Shown here: positions 1-11,223 of the stretch, in pieces
Layout of the letters: every line of letters starts with the position of its first letter
Position numbering within the stretch: position 1 is the first letter of the stretch
Source of the DNA: Ginkgo biloba
Lineage: Eukaryota; Plantae; Ginkgophyta
Reading direction: 5' to 3'
Assembly (NCBI GenBank): GCA_024626585.2
Contig: JANKJI020000002.1
Coordinates: 268,334,022 to 268,352,532 of the forward strand
Length of the DNA stretch: 18,511 nt
The notes under the pieces: generated by a model
Databases searched by the model: none
The model's input: the letters and a program-made list of their open reading frames with translations, nothing else
What the model was told of the DNA's origin: nothing
Translations under genes and position numbers: made by a program

Positions 1-337
1 AAATCCAAAATATTATTAAAAATGATGTGCAGTAAAGAAGTACAAAAAAATCTTGTCTTTGGCTCTGTCTATAAGATGTAATTCAAGAGTTATACACGAT
101 CTTAACATATCCAAACAATGTGCAAATTTGTTGGTCTCCATTGTCATATTAACTTCTCTGCTTGTCTGTATAGAGAAATCAACTTCTTTATTAGATTTTG
201 TGTTACTCTATGTCTGATTCATTCATTGGTATGTATGGGTGTCTGTTATCTCTCTTTGATTCGTCCTGATTTACCACTTTTTATAGTCACATGGGTATTT
301 AAATCATCGCGTAACTGAGTATCTATCAGACGTCAAA

Positions 338-490
338 TTGTCATATCATTCAGATTGAATCTCATGTTGGCCATCAAAATTTTACTTGTCATGTCAGTTG
401 AATTTTGTCATGTAAAAAAAAAAAAATCATGCCATGTCAATCGTCGAATTTTTATGTCATGTCAGTCATCGTATTTTCATGCCATGTCGT
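338..490 (+). repeat. Array of about 6 short motifs TG(T/C)CATGTCA with ~20-25 bp spacing
   Basis: ttgtcatatca, ttgtcatgtcag, ttgtcatgtaa, atgccatgtcaa, atgtcatgtcag and atgccatgtcgt are seen directly. Confidence 0.85.
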
Positions 491-719
491 TCGTCGGATT
501 GAGTGAAGCTGACGCCAACATCATTTTTAGAAACCGACGCAGACATCACTTTTTGCAAACCAATAGAAAATTTTGAGGAAGTGTAACTTTTAAAGTTGAA
601 ACTTAAAGTTTTAAACTTTAAAAGTTAAGTATTACCCCCACTCTAGGTTGAATGGCGCCAGTATCAGAAGCCACAGACATCCCATTTAGAAGTTGTATCA
701 AAATATTTTTTTGGTTTTA

Positions 720-1030
720 GGAAAAATAGGCAATTTTAGCAGTTTTTTTAGCACCCCTTGGTCACTTCATAACTTTTGATCCAAAAATCTATTTTTTGAG
801 TTCTTGAGCTCATTTTAAAGCTTGTAAGAAACTCTAAAACTTTTTCCTTTTAGGTTTTTTGGTAAATTCTTCTCCGATTCTTCTACATTTTGACCTCAAG
901 TTAGCTTTTTATCTTAAAATGGAAAAATAGGATCCTGGACCTGAATTCGTTCGTAACTTTTAAACCATAGTTCTATTTCTTATGCCGTTAACTTTTCTGA
1001 AAAGCTCTTGGAAAACTACATGAATCTTTG
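720..1030 (+). repeat. Two diverged ~184-200 bp tandem subrepeats
   Basis: cataacttttg...ctattt...aaagctt...aaact starts at 768 and cgtaactttt...ctattt...aaagctc...aaact starts at 952. ggaaaaatagg occurs at both 720 and 921. Confidence 0.65.
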
Positions 1031-3612
1031 CTTGAGGGATATTATCTCAAAAGTGACTAATTTATCCCAAAATTTAGCTACAAGTTGAGACTTAATGGAA
1101 AATTGACAAAAATATGACTGTGAACTACAAGAGGAGATTGGCACCATCGTGCTATGACTGGGTGAGCAGAAATTTCAGTCAACAAGTCCTCATCCAAGAA
1201 CTCAACACATTAGGTCCATTTGAGGTATTGTATCCTCCTATACCTCTTGACAAGAATCCACTACTTAGATTCCTATCCTATAAGGTATTTCACTCACTCC
1301 ATTATCAAAGCAAGGAATAAAGAATCTAAGTCACATTTTATGTTGCATACTTTTGGGGGGATTTGGGAAAGGAAGCAAACCTTCTTTTTTTTTTTTTTTC
1401 CTTTTATAATAGCAACATCTATCACACATAGTTTNNNNNNNNNNNNNNNNNNNNNNNNNNNNNNNNNNNNNNNNNNNNNNNNNNNNNNNNNNNNNNNNNN
1501 NNNNNNNNNNNNNNNNNNNNNNNNNNNNNNNNNNCTACTTTTTTTTTTTCTTTCACATTAAATTAAAGAACTGAAATTGAATATTGATCACATAAGAACA
1601 CACTCAAAATCAAATTTTATGATTTGATTTAGACCTCACTTAAATATTCAACATATTAGGTTTTTTTTAGGATCTTATAGACTCCTAACTCTCTTAACAA
1701 GGATCTGGCGATTGGGTTCATATCCTAATAGGCTCTTCACCTACNNNNNNNNNNNNNNNNNNNNNNNNNNNNNNNNNNNNNNNNNNNNNNNNNNNNNNNN
1801 NNNNNTTTAGGAAAGTAAGTAATTTAGATTATTTCAATATTTTTTCTTTCATGTGATAGGAATCCACTACACACATCACTCACACACACCCTTACAAATA
1901 CATTTCATGTGTTGAGGTGTAGTAAGGATTAGCCTTACACCTTCTAGTTTTTGGGCAAGTCATATTGTGGATGAATTGGGAAGGATTGGATTGCTCCTTA
2001 TCTCACTAAAAATCCACAACATAATAATAAGTTAGTTACTACCCTCATTAAAGAAGGCCAGTGTTAGGCACTCATGTTCATGTTCTAATGCATCAATCTA
2101 GATTCAATGAGACTAAAAGAGAATATTTTTTTTCAATAACTAGGAAGAGGTTCAATGTTTGATTCTTAATGGAGATACATGAGAAGAAAAAGGAGGGAAA
2201 ACTAGTGTAGAGATGACCGTTTATTGTTACAATTGGCTAAGTCCTTAAGTTTTGTCTCAGTTGCTACTTAAGAAGAAGGTCTAATTCATAAACACTTTGG
2301 TGAATACTACAGGCATGGTGGATGAAGCCACATATTAAANNNNNNNNNNNNNNNNNNNNNNNNNNNNNNNNNNNGCTTATTGTATCTATGTTTCTCAAAT
2401 AAATGCACTTCTTTTCTTAAAGAAGAGCATAAATGTATTCCAATGATAAGCCTCCTCCTAGTTGCATGGAATCAATAATGGAATATATCCTAGGGAAACC
2501 CCTTACCATAGGATCCTTGATAATATATAAGGATGCCCAAATGTTTCAAAGTTTAACCCCGATGAAGTAGTTTCAAAAACATGTGAGTATTTAGGAAATA
2601 GATTAATATCATATNNNNNNNNNNNNNNNNNNNNNNNNNNNNNNNNNNNNNNNNNNNNNNNNNNNNNNNNNNNNNNNNNNNNNNNNNNNNNNNNNNNNNN
2701 NNNNNNNNNNNNNNNNNNNNNNNNNNNNNNNNNCAAAAATTGATAAGCTCATAAGTTATAGAAAAAATCCAAAGTTATTAGGGCCTAAAGTATACCAAAA
2801 GGATGAAAAAATTTGAAATGGTGGAAGAGGAACTTATCAAGGTGGTATTATTAATAGTAATATGAACATAATGACATTTGTAGTTGCATGATATATCTAG
2901 AATATAGAGTTCACTCTAGTTCTCTATAAGAGAATGGATTTATTATAGAAACATATATGTGATTGGGAATTTTAGTAAACCAGTTTTACCTTATTAATTT
3001 TTTTGGTCAACTCCTAACACCTGTAAGAAACTCATTGACATGAGTTGATTTTATAACCTAATAATGGTTTAATATATGTATATATCTAAGTAGGAGGCCT
3101 AGATATATTCTAAAAAGGAAAACATGAGAGCAATAAGCTAGGTTATAAGCATGATTCACCTTTGTATGTCTTGGTATAGACATAGTATCACACTTATCTT
3201 TTTTTAGGATGATTATCAAGTATTTGAAAGAATTTCCTAATGAGGTAATGTTGTTTGGGGGAAAGTAGATTATAGTATATGGACATTATAGGTGTTATTT
3301 CTCTTTTTAACACCTATGTATTTGTTCTACTTATCCATTATACATTTGTTAGGCCCGACTTATGTTTATTTCCTATTATACTCATTGAATTATTACCACT
3401 TTCTTACCACATAGGAAATATTATTAAATCCCTATGGTTAACCTCATAATATATCATTATTATATGAACACCCCTTTTATACAAAGGTAAAAAGGGGATT
3501 CTTTAGTATTACATCATCATAGCATATTTATATATTTACCCTTTCTTACCTCATTGGGGGGAAAGGAGTTTTCCTTTACTGAATATAATCTTAAGAATTA
3601 TGGCCTCATATA

Positions 3613-3614
<2 letters not shown>

Positions 3615-3646
<32 letters not shown>
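3615..3646 (+). repeat. (GA)16 microsatellite
   Basis: Perfect GA dinucleotide run, followed by gggagggatga and an N gap. Confidence 0.98.
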
Positions 3647-3653
<7 letters not shown>

Positions 3654-3674
3654 ATGANNNNNNNNNNNNNNNNN

Positions 3675-4518
3675 TTGTCTAAAGTATTGAATCTCACTTC
3701 ATGAGATCACTCAATACATTCTATCTCAATATTTTATGTTATATTGTCTTTATACTATGGTGTATTTTCATGATTTCTTTATGCATTTTTGTACTAAGAA
3801 CATTTATTTTGCATAAATAACCATAATTTATTTGTATATCTTTGTGTCATTTATCATTATCACATTTAGTGATTTGTTCATAAATAGAAATGGTGGCCAT
3901 ACTAAGGATACATCCACTAGTTTATATCCATTAGTGTTTTGCATTTTATTTGCATAAATTTTCAACAGATATGTAGCTCATGATATTGTCTTTACAACAT
4001 TGCATAGTAATTCTTACATTTAAAGGTTTTTCTAAGTAGTTCTAGTGATTTAGCTAGATAATCCATGTCACAACTTTTCCTATGATGCTATGGGGTTTTC
4101 TGATATACTATTCCTTTTCACGTTTGGTGCCATTCCTTTTTTTTATATGCCATACATTTGTTTTATTGTGACATTATGGGATTTACTTGCATTGTATATT
4201 TCCCTCTAATACCTCACCTTTTTCCAAGTGTTTATTTTTCATGATTCCAACATCATATTTTTTCATGATTCCATAACATTTCAAAGATTATATTTCTATA
4301 TGTCATAAGTTTTAATGTAGTTCAACCATCACTAATTTTTCATTCATCAACATTCTCTTTTAGAACACATTCATTTTCCACCAAGATTTGGACATGGGGT
4401 ATTAACCACATTTCATGTCCCCTATTTCGTAGTTTCATTGCATCCATTTTCAATATTTTATCATTGGGATACACTTTCCAACAATGTTCATTTAACTCTT
4501 TCAATTATCCCAATGCTC
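3675..4518 (-). repeat. Unclassified repeat family X, copy A (cryptic minus-strand coding remnant)
   Basis: Colinear with 4619-5370 at an offset of ~852-860 nt. Shared strings include taagaacatttatttt, gtgtcatttatcattat, ctttacaacattgcata, accacatttcatgtcccctatt and catttaactctttca. Confidence 0.92.
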
Positions 4519-4618
4519 NNNNNNNNNNNNNNNNNNNNNNNNNNNNNNNNNNNNNNNNNNNNNNNNNNNNNNNNNNNNNNNNNNNNNNNNNNNNNNNNNN
4601 NNNNNNNNNNNNNNNNNN

Positions 4619-5370
4619 CTCATGATTTTTCCATAATTTTTTATATTAAGAACATTTATTTTTAATAAAGAGCCCCAATGTCCTTTAATATTCTTGTGTC
4701 ATTTATCATTATTGCATCTAGTGATTTTTTTCATAAACATAAATTAAGACCATACTAGGGATACATCCCCCAATTTAAATCCATCGATCTTTTGCACTTT
4801 ATTTTTGTAGTGTTTCAATTGATAGTGAAGCTCATGATATTTTCTTTACAACATTGCATATCAAGCCTTATATTTATAAGTTTTTTCTTAGTAGTTTTAA
4901 TGATTTTAGTTGGACATCCTACATCATGACTTTCCCTATGATGCCATGGGTTTTCCCAATGAATCGTGCCTTCTCTTATTCAGTTCCACTTATTTTTCCT
5001 GCATGCCATACCTTTTTTGTATTGTGATACCATGGAATTTTCTTACACTATATCTTTCCCTCTAACACTACACCTTTTTCTAAGCACAACTTCTTTCTAA
5101 TTCCAATGCAATATTTTTCATGATGTTATGATATTTAAATGATTAGATTTATATATACCATAGATTTTAATGTAGTTCAAACATCATTACTTTTCAATTT
5201 ATTATCACTCTTTNNNNNNNNNNATACACCTTCATTTGCCACCAAGTTTTTAGAATGCGGGCATGACCACATTTCATGTCCCCTATTCAATAGTTTCATG
5301 TATTCATTTTCAACATTTTACCATTGGGATAAACTTTTCATCAATGTCCATTTAACTCTTTCATTTATGT
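4619..5370 (-). repeat. Unclassified repeat family X, copy B (tandem with copy A; may extend to ~5560)
   Basis: Direct-orientation duplicate of 3769-4510, roughly three-quarters identical by eye, with many transitions and small indels. Confidence 0.92.
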
Positions 5371-5598
5371 TAGTGATCATATTGGTCAATATGGTTAGTG
5401 AATAATGACACCATGCTTGAACTCTATGGTACATTTGTTGGTGGTCAAATATCATTATTGGTGTTAATTTGATAAGACATTATAATATCAACTATCATTA
5501 TCAACTCAAAAGTTCATATTCATTGCTACATATTTCATTCTTATCACATATACATTCTCACTTTTAATGCAACATATACATGCACATTATTGTATTAT

Positions 5599-5634
5599 GC
5601 CCATGAATATGGGATATATCCATACTCATGTGGC
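5599..5634. repeat. 36-bp near-palindrome
   Basis: gcccatgaatatgggatatatccatactcatgtggc has the reverse complement gccacatgagtatggatatatcccatattcatgggc. Confidence 0.75.
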
Positions 5635-6080
5635 CCTTTTTTTTTGGCATGAGTCTAGGACATTTGCAATATTGTTCTCTAATTTTTATAATAAATGGAA
5701 AATATTTTTAGGTGCTTCTCTTAAGGTAGGAGAAATGATTCATATTGTATAATGACTCTCTCTCCTTCTTTGATGAATAGTAGAATTTTTTTTCCTACCA
5801 TAGTTTTTTTCTCNNNNNNNNNNNNNNNNNNNNNNNNNNNNNNNNNNNNNNNNNNNNNNNNNNNNNNNNNNNNNNNNNNNNNNNNNNNNNNNNNNNNNNN
5901 NNNNNNNNNNNNNCTAAATAAAGGGAGAATATGATGTATAATTATATTATTCATTGAATGAAAAAGATTAGTTATTTATTTAATAATTTTAGTACGTGCA
6001 AGTTATGATGCATACATTATACTTCATAACTGACATCCATAACTACACCTATCCATTCTACTTCATTATAGGAATTGGGA

Positions 6081-6256
6081 GTGGTTAAGGTGGACACAAG
6101 ATTGGATATTAAGGATTTTGATGGGACCATACATGTAGAAAAGTTGGATGATTGGATAAAATATTTAGAGGCTTATTTTAGTACTCGGGGATTCAATGAT
6201 CTTTAGAAAATCAACTTTGTCAAGTTAAATATCATCAAATATACCTTAAGGATGTG
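6081..6256 (+). pseudogene. gag: Isolated N-terminal gag fragment of a Ty3/Gypsy (CRM-like) element
   Basis: Frame +3 reads VVKVDTRLDIKDFDGTIHVEKLDDWIKYLEAYFSTRGFNDL*KINFVKLNIIKYTL, matching the gag motif K.DIP.FDG..D.E....W...LE.YF........K..FA.LKL...AL.WW. Confidence 0.85.
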
Positions 6257-6624
6257 ACCCTAGCTCCATTTGTGCTTTTTCAGTTCAAGAAAAAGGTGCA
6301 ATACCATAGGAAAAAACCACAGCAATGAGACAAAGGCACAACATAGTATTTAAGAAAAGGTGGGACGTAAAGGAGAAAGGCCTAGTATGCATAAGAAATG
6401 ATGGAACACCAAAAATATGGTTCTAATGGGAGAATATTCTAAGATTTTGATTTCATACAAAGTATAGACAATAACTTATTTTAGGTTTTTTAGCATAGTA
6501 GCGACCTCTTAAATGGATAGATCGGCTTAGAGATGACCCATATGTAACCATCGCTACATGCTTATACATAATACCTTAGGTTATACAAGTCGAGGTTACA
6601 TCAGAGAGAGAGAATTTTCACATC

Positions 6625-6800
6625 TAGTCCACTACATCAAATCCTACTTGATGAGATCACTCACCACATTTTATTCCAATCTCTTATACTAGTGTATTCT
6701 CATTATTTTTTATTAAGGATATGTTGGATAAAGAAATCCCATGTTCTTAAATATGTGCATATCATTTATCATTATCATAAAGTGATTTATACCATAAATA
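6625..6800 (-). repeat. Unclassified repeat family X, copy C (short, internally deleted terminal fragment)
   Basis: atcctacttgatgagatcactcaccacattttattccaat matches copy A atctcacttcatgagatcactcaatacattctatctcaat. It also carries tcatttatcattatca...agtgattt. Confidence 0.8.
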
Positions 6801-7565
6801 ATAGGTAACAGAAATCAATGAAGTTATGTAAGAGATAGGGTGAAGTTATGTGAGATGATTAAAATGTAATAAGTTGGATTTAAATGAAAGGAGTTCCTAT
6901 ACTTATTGGAAACTAATGAATGTTGTATATCAATAGTGAATTATTATAACTTTATCAATGACTATATAAAATCCTTATCTTAAGACTAAGCATTAAGCGA
7001 GTTGTAGGCAGTCTAGTAATTAGGCTAGTTAACTAATGTAGAAGAATATATATGGATAAAATTTCCAAGTTTGTACATGTAGGACCCACAAAGTAACGTG
7101 ATAATAATCCTTAGATATCTTAAGCTCATAGATGGATTAATCCCATAGATGATTTTGNNNNNNNNNNNNNNNNNNNNNNNNNNNNNNNNNNNNNNNNNNN
7201 NNNNNNNNNNNNNNNNNNNNNNNNNNNNNNNNNNNNNNNNNNNNNNNNNNNNNNNNNACTCATTGATCTAGCTTCTATCAAAATTTGAGATAAAGTGAAT
7301 GCATTAAACATGAGAACTAAAAATTTTATTCCAAGGGAAATAAATAAAATTAAGCTAAAAATTTTGAGGTAGAAGAACCTAATTTAGACATTATGAACCA
7401 TAGGTTATGGTATGATATAAAAGGAAAAAAAATCTCTTTATTTTATTAATACATAGATGGAAAATTAAAAGTCAATGGTGCAACTTATAACCCAAATTGC
7501 TAGGTTATTATGTAGAATGGCATAAGCTATAGATAATGTATGTTTCTTTAAGGAAACAATATTCA

Positions 7566-7770
7566 CATGCTTTCTTTTGTGGTTGTATGGTTTTGTATGG
7601 AATGCACATTCATCCTAAAAGTGTTCACTAGTTGCTACATGTGATTTTTGATGGTTTCATGGCTTTGCATGCAACATCCTAGAATAGTTAATTAGTTACT
7701 ACATGAAAGCCTTTATGGTTATATGGTTTTGCACGAATTTACATGTTCATCCTAGAAGAGTTAACAAGTT
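7566..7770 (+). repeat. Minisatellite, 3 diverged copies of a ~64-72 bp unit
   Basis: The unit tggtt..atgg.tttg.a....catccta.aa..gtt.a..agtt.ctacatg starts at 7580, 7652 and 7716. Confidence 0.88.
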
Positions 7771-10700
7771 TTTTCTTTAGAAAAGATAAATATAGTAATC
7801 ATTATCTCTATCTTATCTTTCTCACACTTTATTAATTGTTTATTTAATTAATTCATAAGAATATGTGATAGGACCTTTGGTTGTATGGGAAACATGAGAT
7901 GAAGGTCATATTAGAAGTGATGCTCAATTATTAGCTCCATTAGTAGTTGGAAAAGTATTTAAAGTGAAGGAATTATTGAAATGATATATTGGTATTGCAT
8001 ATTTGGTAAAAGATTGCCAACATTGTATACATCTCACATATAAAAGAACATATAATTTTGTATATTCATTAGAGATACCAAATATACAATGTTCTAAAAT
8101 AGGAAGAGTCTACTTTCATCTTGAGTATTTCTTTTTTTTTTCATTCTTATATTATTATATTGAACATCACTCTTCCCTATAAGAGGTGTTCTCTATTTTT
8201 ACCCATTTCTATAACTACCATGATTAATTGACCTAACTTGTTTTGATGTGTAAAATATCCTCCTTTCAATTCTAGTTGTAAGGCACCAAAAAAGTAATTT
8301 TGAGTTTATTAATTACTTAAACGAAAGCTACAAGAAAAATTTTAGGTAGACATTTTGTTATTTATTAGAGTTATGGTCAACTACTAGAATATGAGAAAAT
8401 GCCTTTCTAACTATCAATCATTTAAAGAAATATGATTCATAAAAAAAAATTCTATTCTCGATGTGAAATTAGAAAAAGTATATAGTCACCCATGTTTTAG
8501 CTTAGAAGGGGATCAAAATTATGGTTATTAATCTTATAGGAAGAAAATTTGTAGATCCAAATTTAGTCTAGGATTATAGTTTATAAGTNNNNNNNNNNNN
8601 NNNNNNNNNNNNNNNNNNNNNNNNNNNNNNNNNNNNNNNNNNNNNNNNNNNNNNNNNNNNNNNNNNNNNNNNNNNNNNNNNNNNNNNAAGTTGTTTTTCA
8701 AGATAGTAGATAAAAATTAGTATTATTAATGAATTAAATAGAAGACTCAATCAAAGGATCTCCTGCATAGGTGTTTATTAAGGGTGGACAATTTGATTAG
8801 GAATTTATCAATGTACTTATTCAAGCAAAGTGTGGAGTATAGGTTAAAGACCTTTTAAGGATTAATGTAGTTCCAATGGGAGTGTTAATCTACTAGATTC
8901 AAGATTATCAATTTCAAGAAATAAAGATGAGAATCTTTGTGGTCAAAAGACACATTGTAATTGTTAGTCCTTTTATTGCCTAGATATAAATTTGGGTACG
9001 TATGTTGTCATAAGTAGATGTATATTTTGCCTTCACTTGATGAGTATTCATCTTTTTAATAGGGGACATAATGGATAGGCCCCTTACTAGGGCTTGAAGA
9101 CAACATATAAGTGAAGGCAAAATTAAATAATCCATATTTAAAAGATATAACATACTTTTCATTGAAAGGAAATGAACAACTTGCAACACTCATTTATATG
9201 AAATGAAATTATTTAGCGTTCACTACAACCAAAACTAGGTATATTTGATCTTTACAAGAATCATTTATAATTTCCTATGCTCTAAATTTTTTGTGGAACT
9301 TTAGAACATATTGGTATCTTAATGTAGTTTCAAACAAAGAGGACTACATATGAAGTTTTAATTAGATAGCACAAATCCTATAAAAAATTCATTCCAATTT
9401 TCTATGCATGCCACATGATCAAAGGGAAAACAACTTTTAGATAGTGGATCTAAGTTCATAGTTGGAGGAAATTTAAGTGTATCTTGATCAAGAATTATGC
9501 ACTATTATTTGATATAAAGTTCATCAATGTTAATAATAAGCATGTCCATATGGCTTTAAATTTATAATATACCCACCATGGCCTAAGTGATTGTACCAAG
9601 GTTTATTAAGTTTTAATAATGATAGGTTGAGTTATATGGTGGAGGAGAGTGAAATAAAGAAACTTCGTATGACAATTTAAATAAAGGATTAGTTAGTTTG
9701 TCTCAAAACGCACACACACATCCATAGAAGGCCAATATGAAGATAACCTAAGAGTTATGCAAGTCAATGAAATGTTCTATCACAAGTTTCAAATCATGNN
9801 NNNNNNNNTCTTCGTAGTATTGTTGTAAAGATCAACAACAAAGAAAGTTTAGTACTCTTTCAGACTACTTTTTGTCATAAATAAATTAATACCTTATCAT
9901 CATAAAAATAAACTTAATGACTTACTATGCCTATGTGTTTAGTACTCAAGATAATTTTTAATGAGTAAAATGTTATCCTACATTTGCAACAGAAAAGACT
10001 TCTAACTCACACTAACATACAAAGCTAAATACTATCATAATTCTTTGCAACAAAACATGTTATTTTATGATATATATGATAATTTTTAGAAGCTAAGAAG
10101 TTGTGTCCTTATTCAAAGGTATGATGCATAGGATAATGAAAATAGAAGGCATATGCTTTTCATTTCAAGAATCAATTTTTTTAACAAGATCGTATAAAAG
10201 GAAATACCAAAATGGTGTTCAATAATACATGTTTATTACATTGCTTAGAATTTAAACATAATATGTTATGAAGATGAATACAAAATAATACCTTCTAAAC
10301 AACAAAGAATTAATGAAATAAAATTTGGAATAACCTCTTCCATGCATAGCTTAAAAGAAGGAAAGGGATAAACCCATCCATTATAGTTGGTAGGGTGCCT
10401 ATTGTAAACAAATTTGAATTATACAAGTGAATATTTTGGTGGCTAAGATCTTCAAATTTGGTTTCAATAAATNNNNNNNNNNNNNNNNNNNNNNNNNNNN
10501 NNNNNNNNNNNNNNNNNNNNNNNNNNNNNNNNNNNNNNNNNNNNNNNNNNNNNNNNNNNNNNGAAAGCAAGATTATGTCTATTTTTCAATCCAAGACCAA
10601 CCAAATCTTTCATCAAAACAAGATTGTACATCTCAATATGACAAAACAAAACAAAGAGCAATCTAGTTTAGAGATGGCTAATTTAACGCATTAAAAATTG

Positions 10701-11223
10701 AGTTTCATTACGAGAATTCATGACTATGTATTAGTTTCCCCCTCAAAAAATGGTTGAACAAACTCCAAACTTTCAATTGAGTATAGGAGATATAGAGCCT
10801 CAAAGACTACAAATGCTTTTTATAAGAATATATGTTTCCAATCCAAGTGTAAATGATGCTTCTTCCTCTTTTTTTAACTGATTCTTAAATACTTTTAAAA
10901 TTATTCATTTAATAATCAGATTTTATCATCAAATGAGTTCACTTAAACATTCAAATTCCTAATTGGATTAGCAAAAGGTTCTACTTAATAGAGCAACTTA
11001 TTTATATTTGCAACTTTTGCAATGTAACAACTTTTCAATTTGTTTTTCAAAAGAAAACTAAAAATATATCTAATGATTTAAAAAATATATGCATTGAATT
11101 TACATAATGTTGGATTAGATTTATAAGAAGAGTAATTTATTTTGGTGTCCATGTCTTAATAGTATGAGGTATCATCCTCATAATATCTCAAAAGTATAAA
11201 ATTGCATATATACAAAATTTGTG

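Larger units (their letters stand above)
1..1184. mobile_element. Probable LTR or non-coding terminal segment of a relatively young LTR retroelement
   Basis: It ends in ...aatttcagtCAACA (1180-1184), retains more CpG than the rest of the window and contains short-motif arrays and ~184-bp subrepeats. Part of it (598-~900) recurs at 12952-13290. No second terminus or TSD is visible in the window. Confidence 0.45.

Noticed and set aside
338-490. Short repeats with spacers resembling a CRISPR array
   Set aside because: The repeats are only ~10 bp and degenerate, the spacing is too short, there are no cas genes and the context is eukaryotic TE sequence.
118-576. Track ORFs 118..318 and 355..576 as small Cys-rich proteins
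   Set aside because: The Cys/His content of the second ORF comes from translating the tgtcatgtca motif array. Neither has a recognisable domain or splice context.
653-672. tggcgccagtatcagaagcc as a primer-binding site
   Set aside because: It is not preceded by a CA LTR terminus and matches neither the tRNA-Asp nor the tRNA-iMet PBS over sufficient length.
1990-2614. Possible LTR end (ccacaaca, ~2021) and gag start (VSKFNPDEVV, ~2540-2575)
   Set aside because: Only a few residues of resemblance, no PBS, and interrupted by N gaps.
6920-7370. Possible protease motif (LYINSE/YNFIND) and RT start (IDL...VN) continuing the 6081 gag
   Set aside because: It needs frameshifts to assemble and downstream conserved motifs are not recoverable. 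BLASTX would be needed.
8700-9450. Possible LINE remnant (RTE-like IMIGPLL and LEHIG fragments) and track ORF 8980..9189
   Set aside because: The motifs appear only after assuming several indels, and no QG or YADD core was found.
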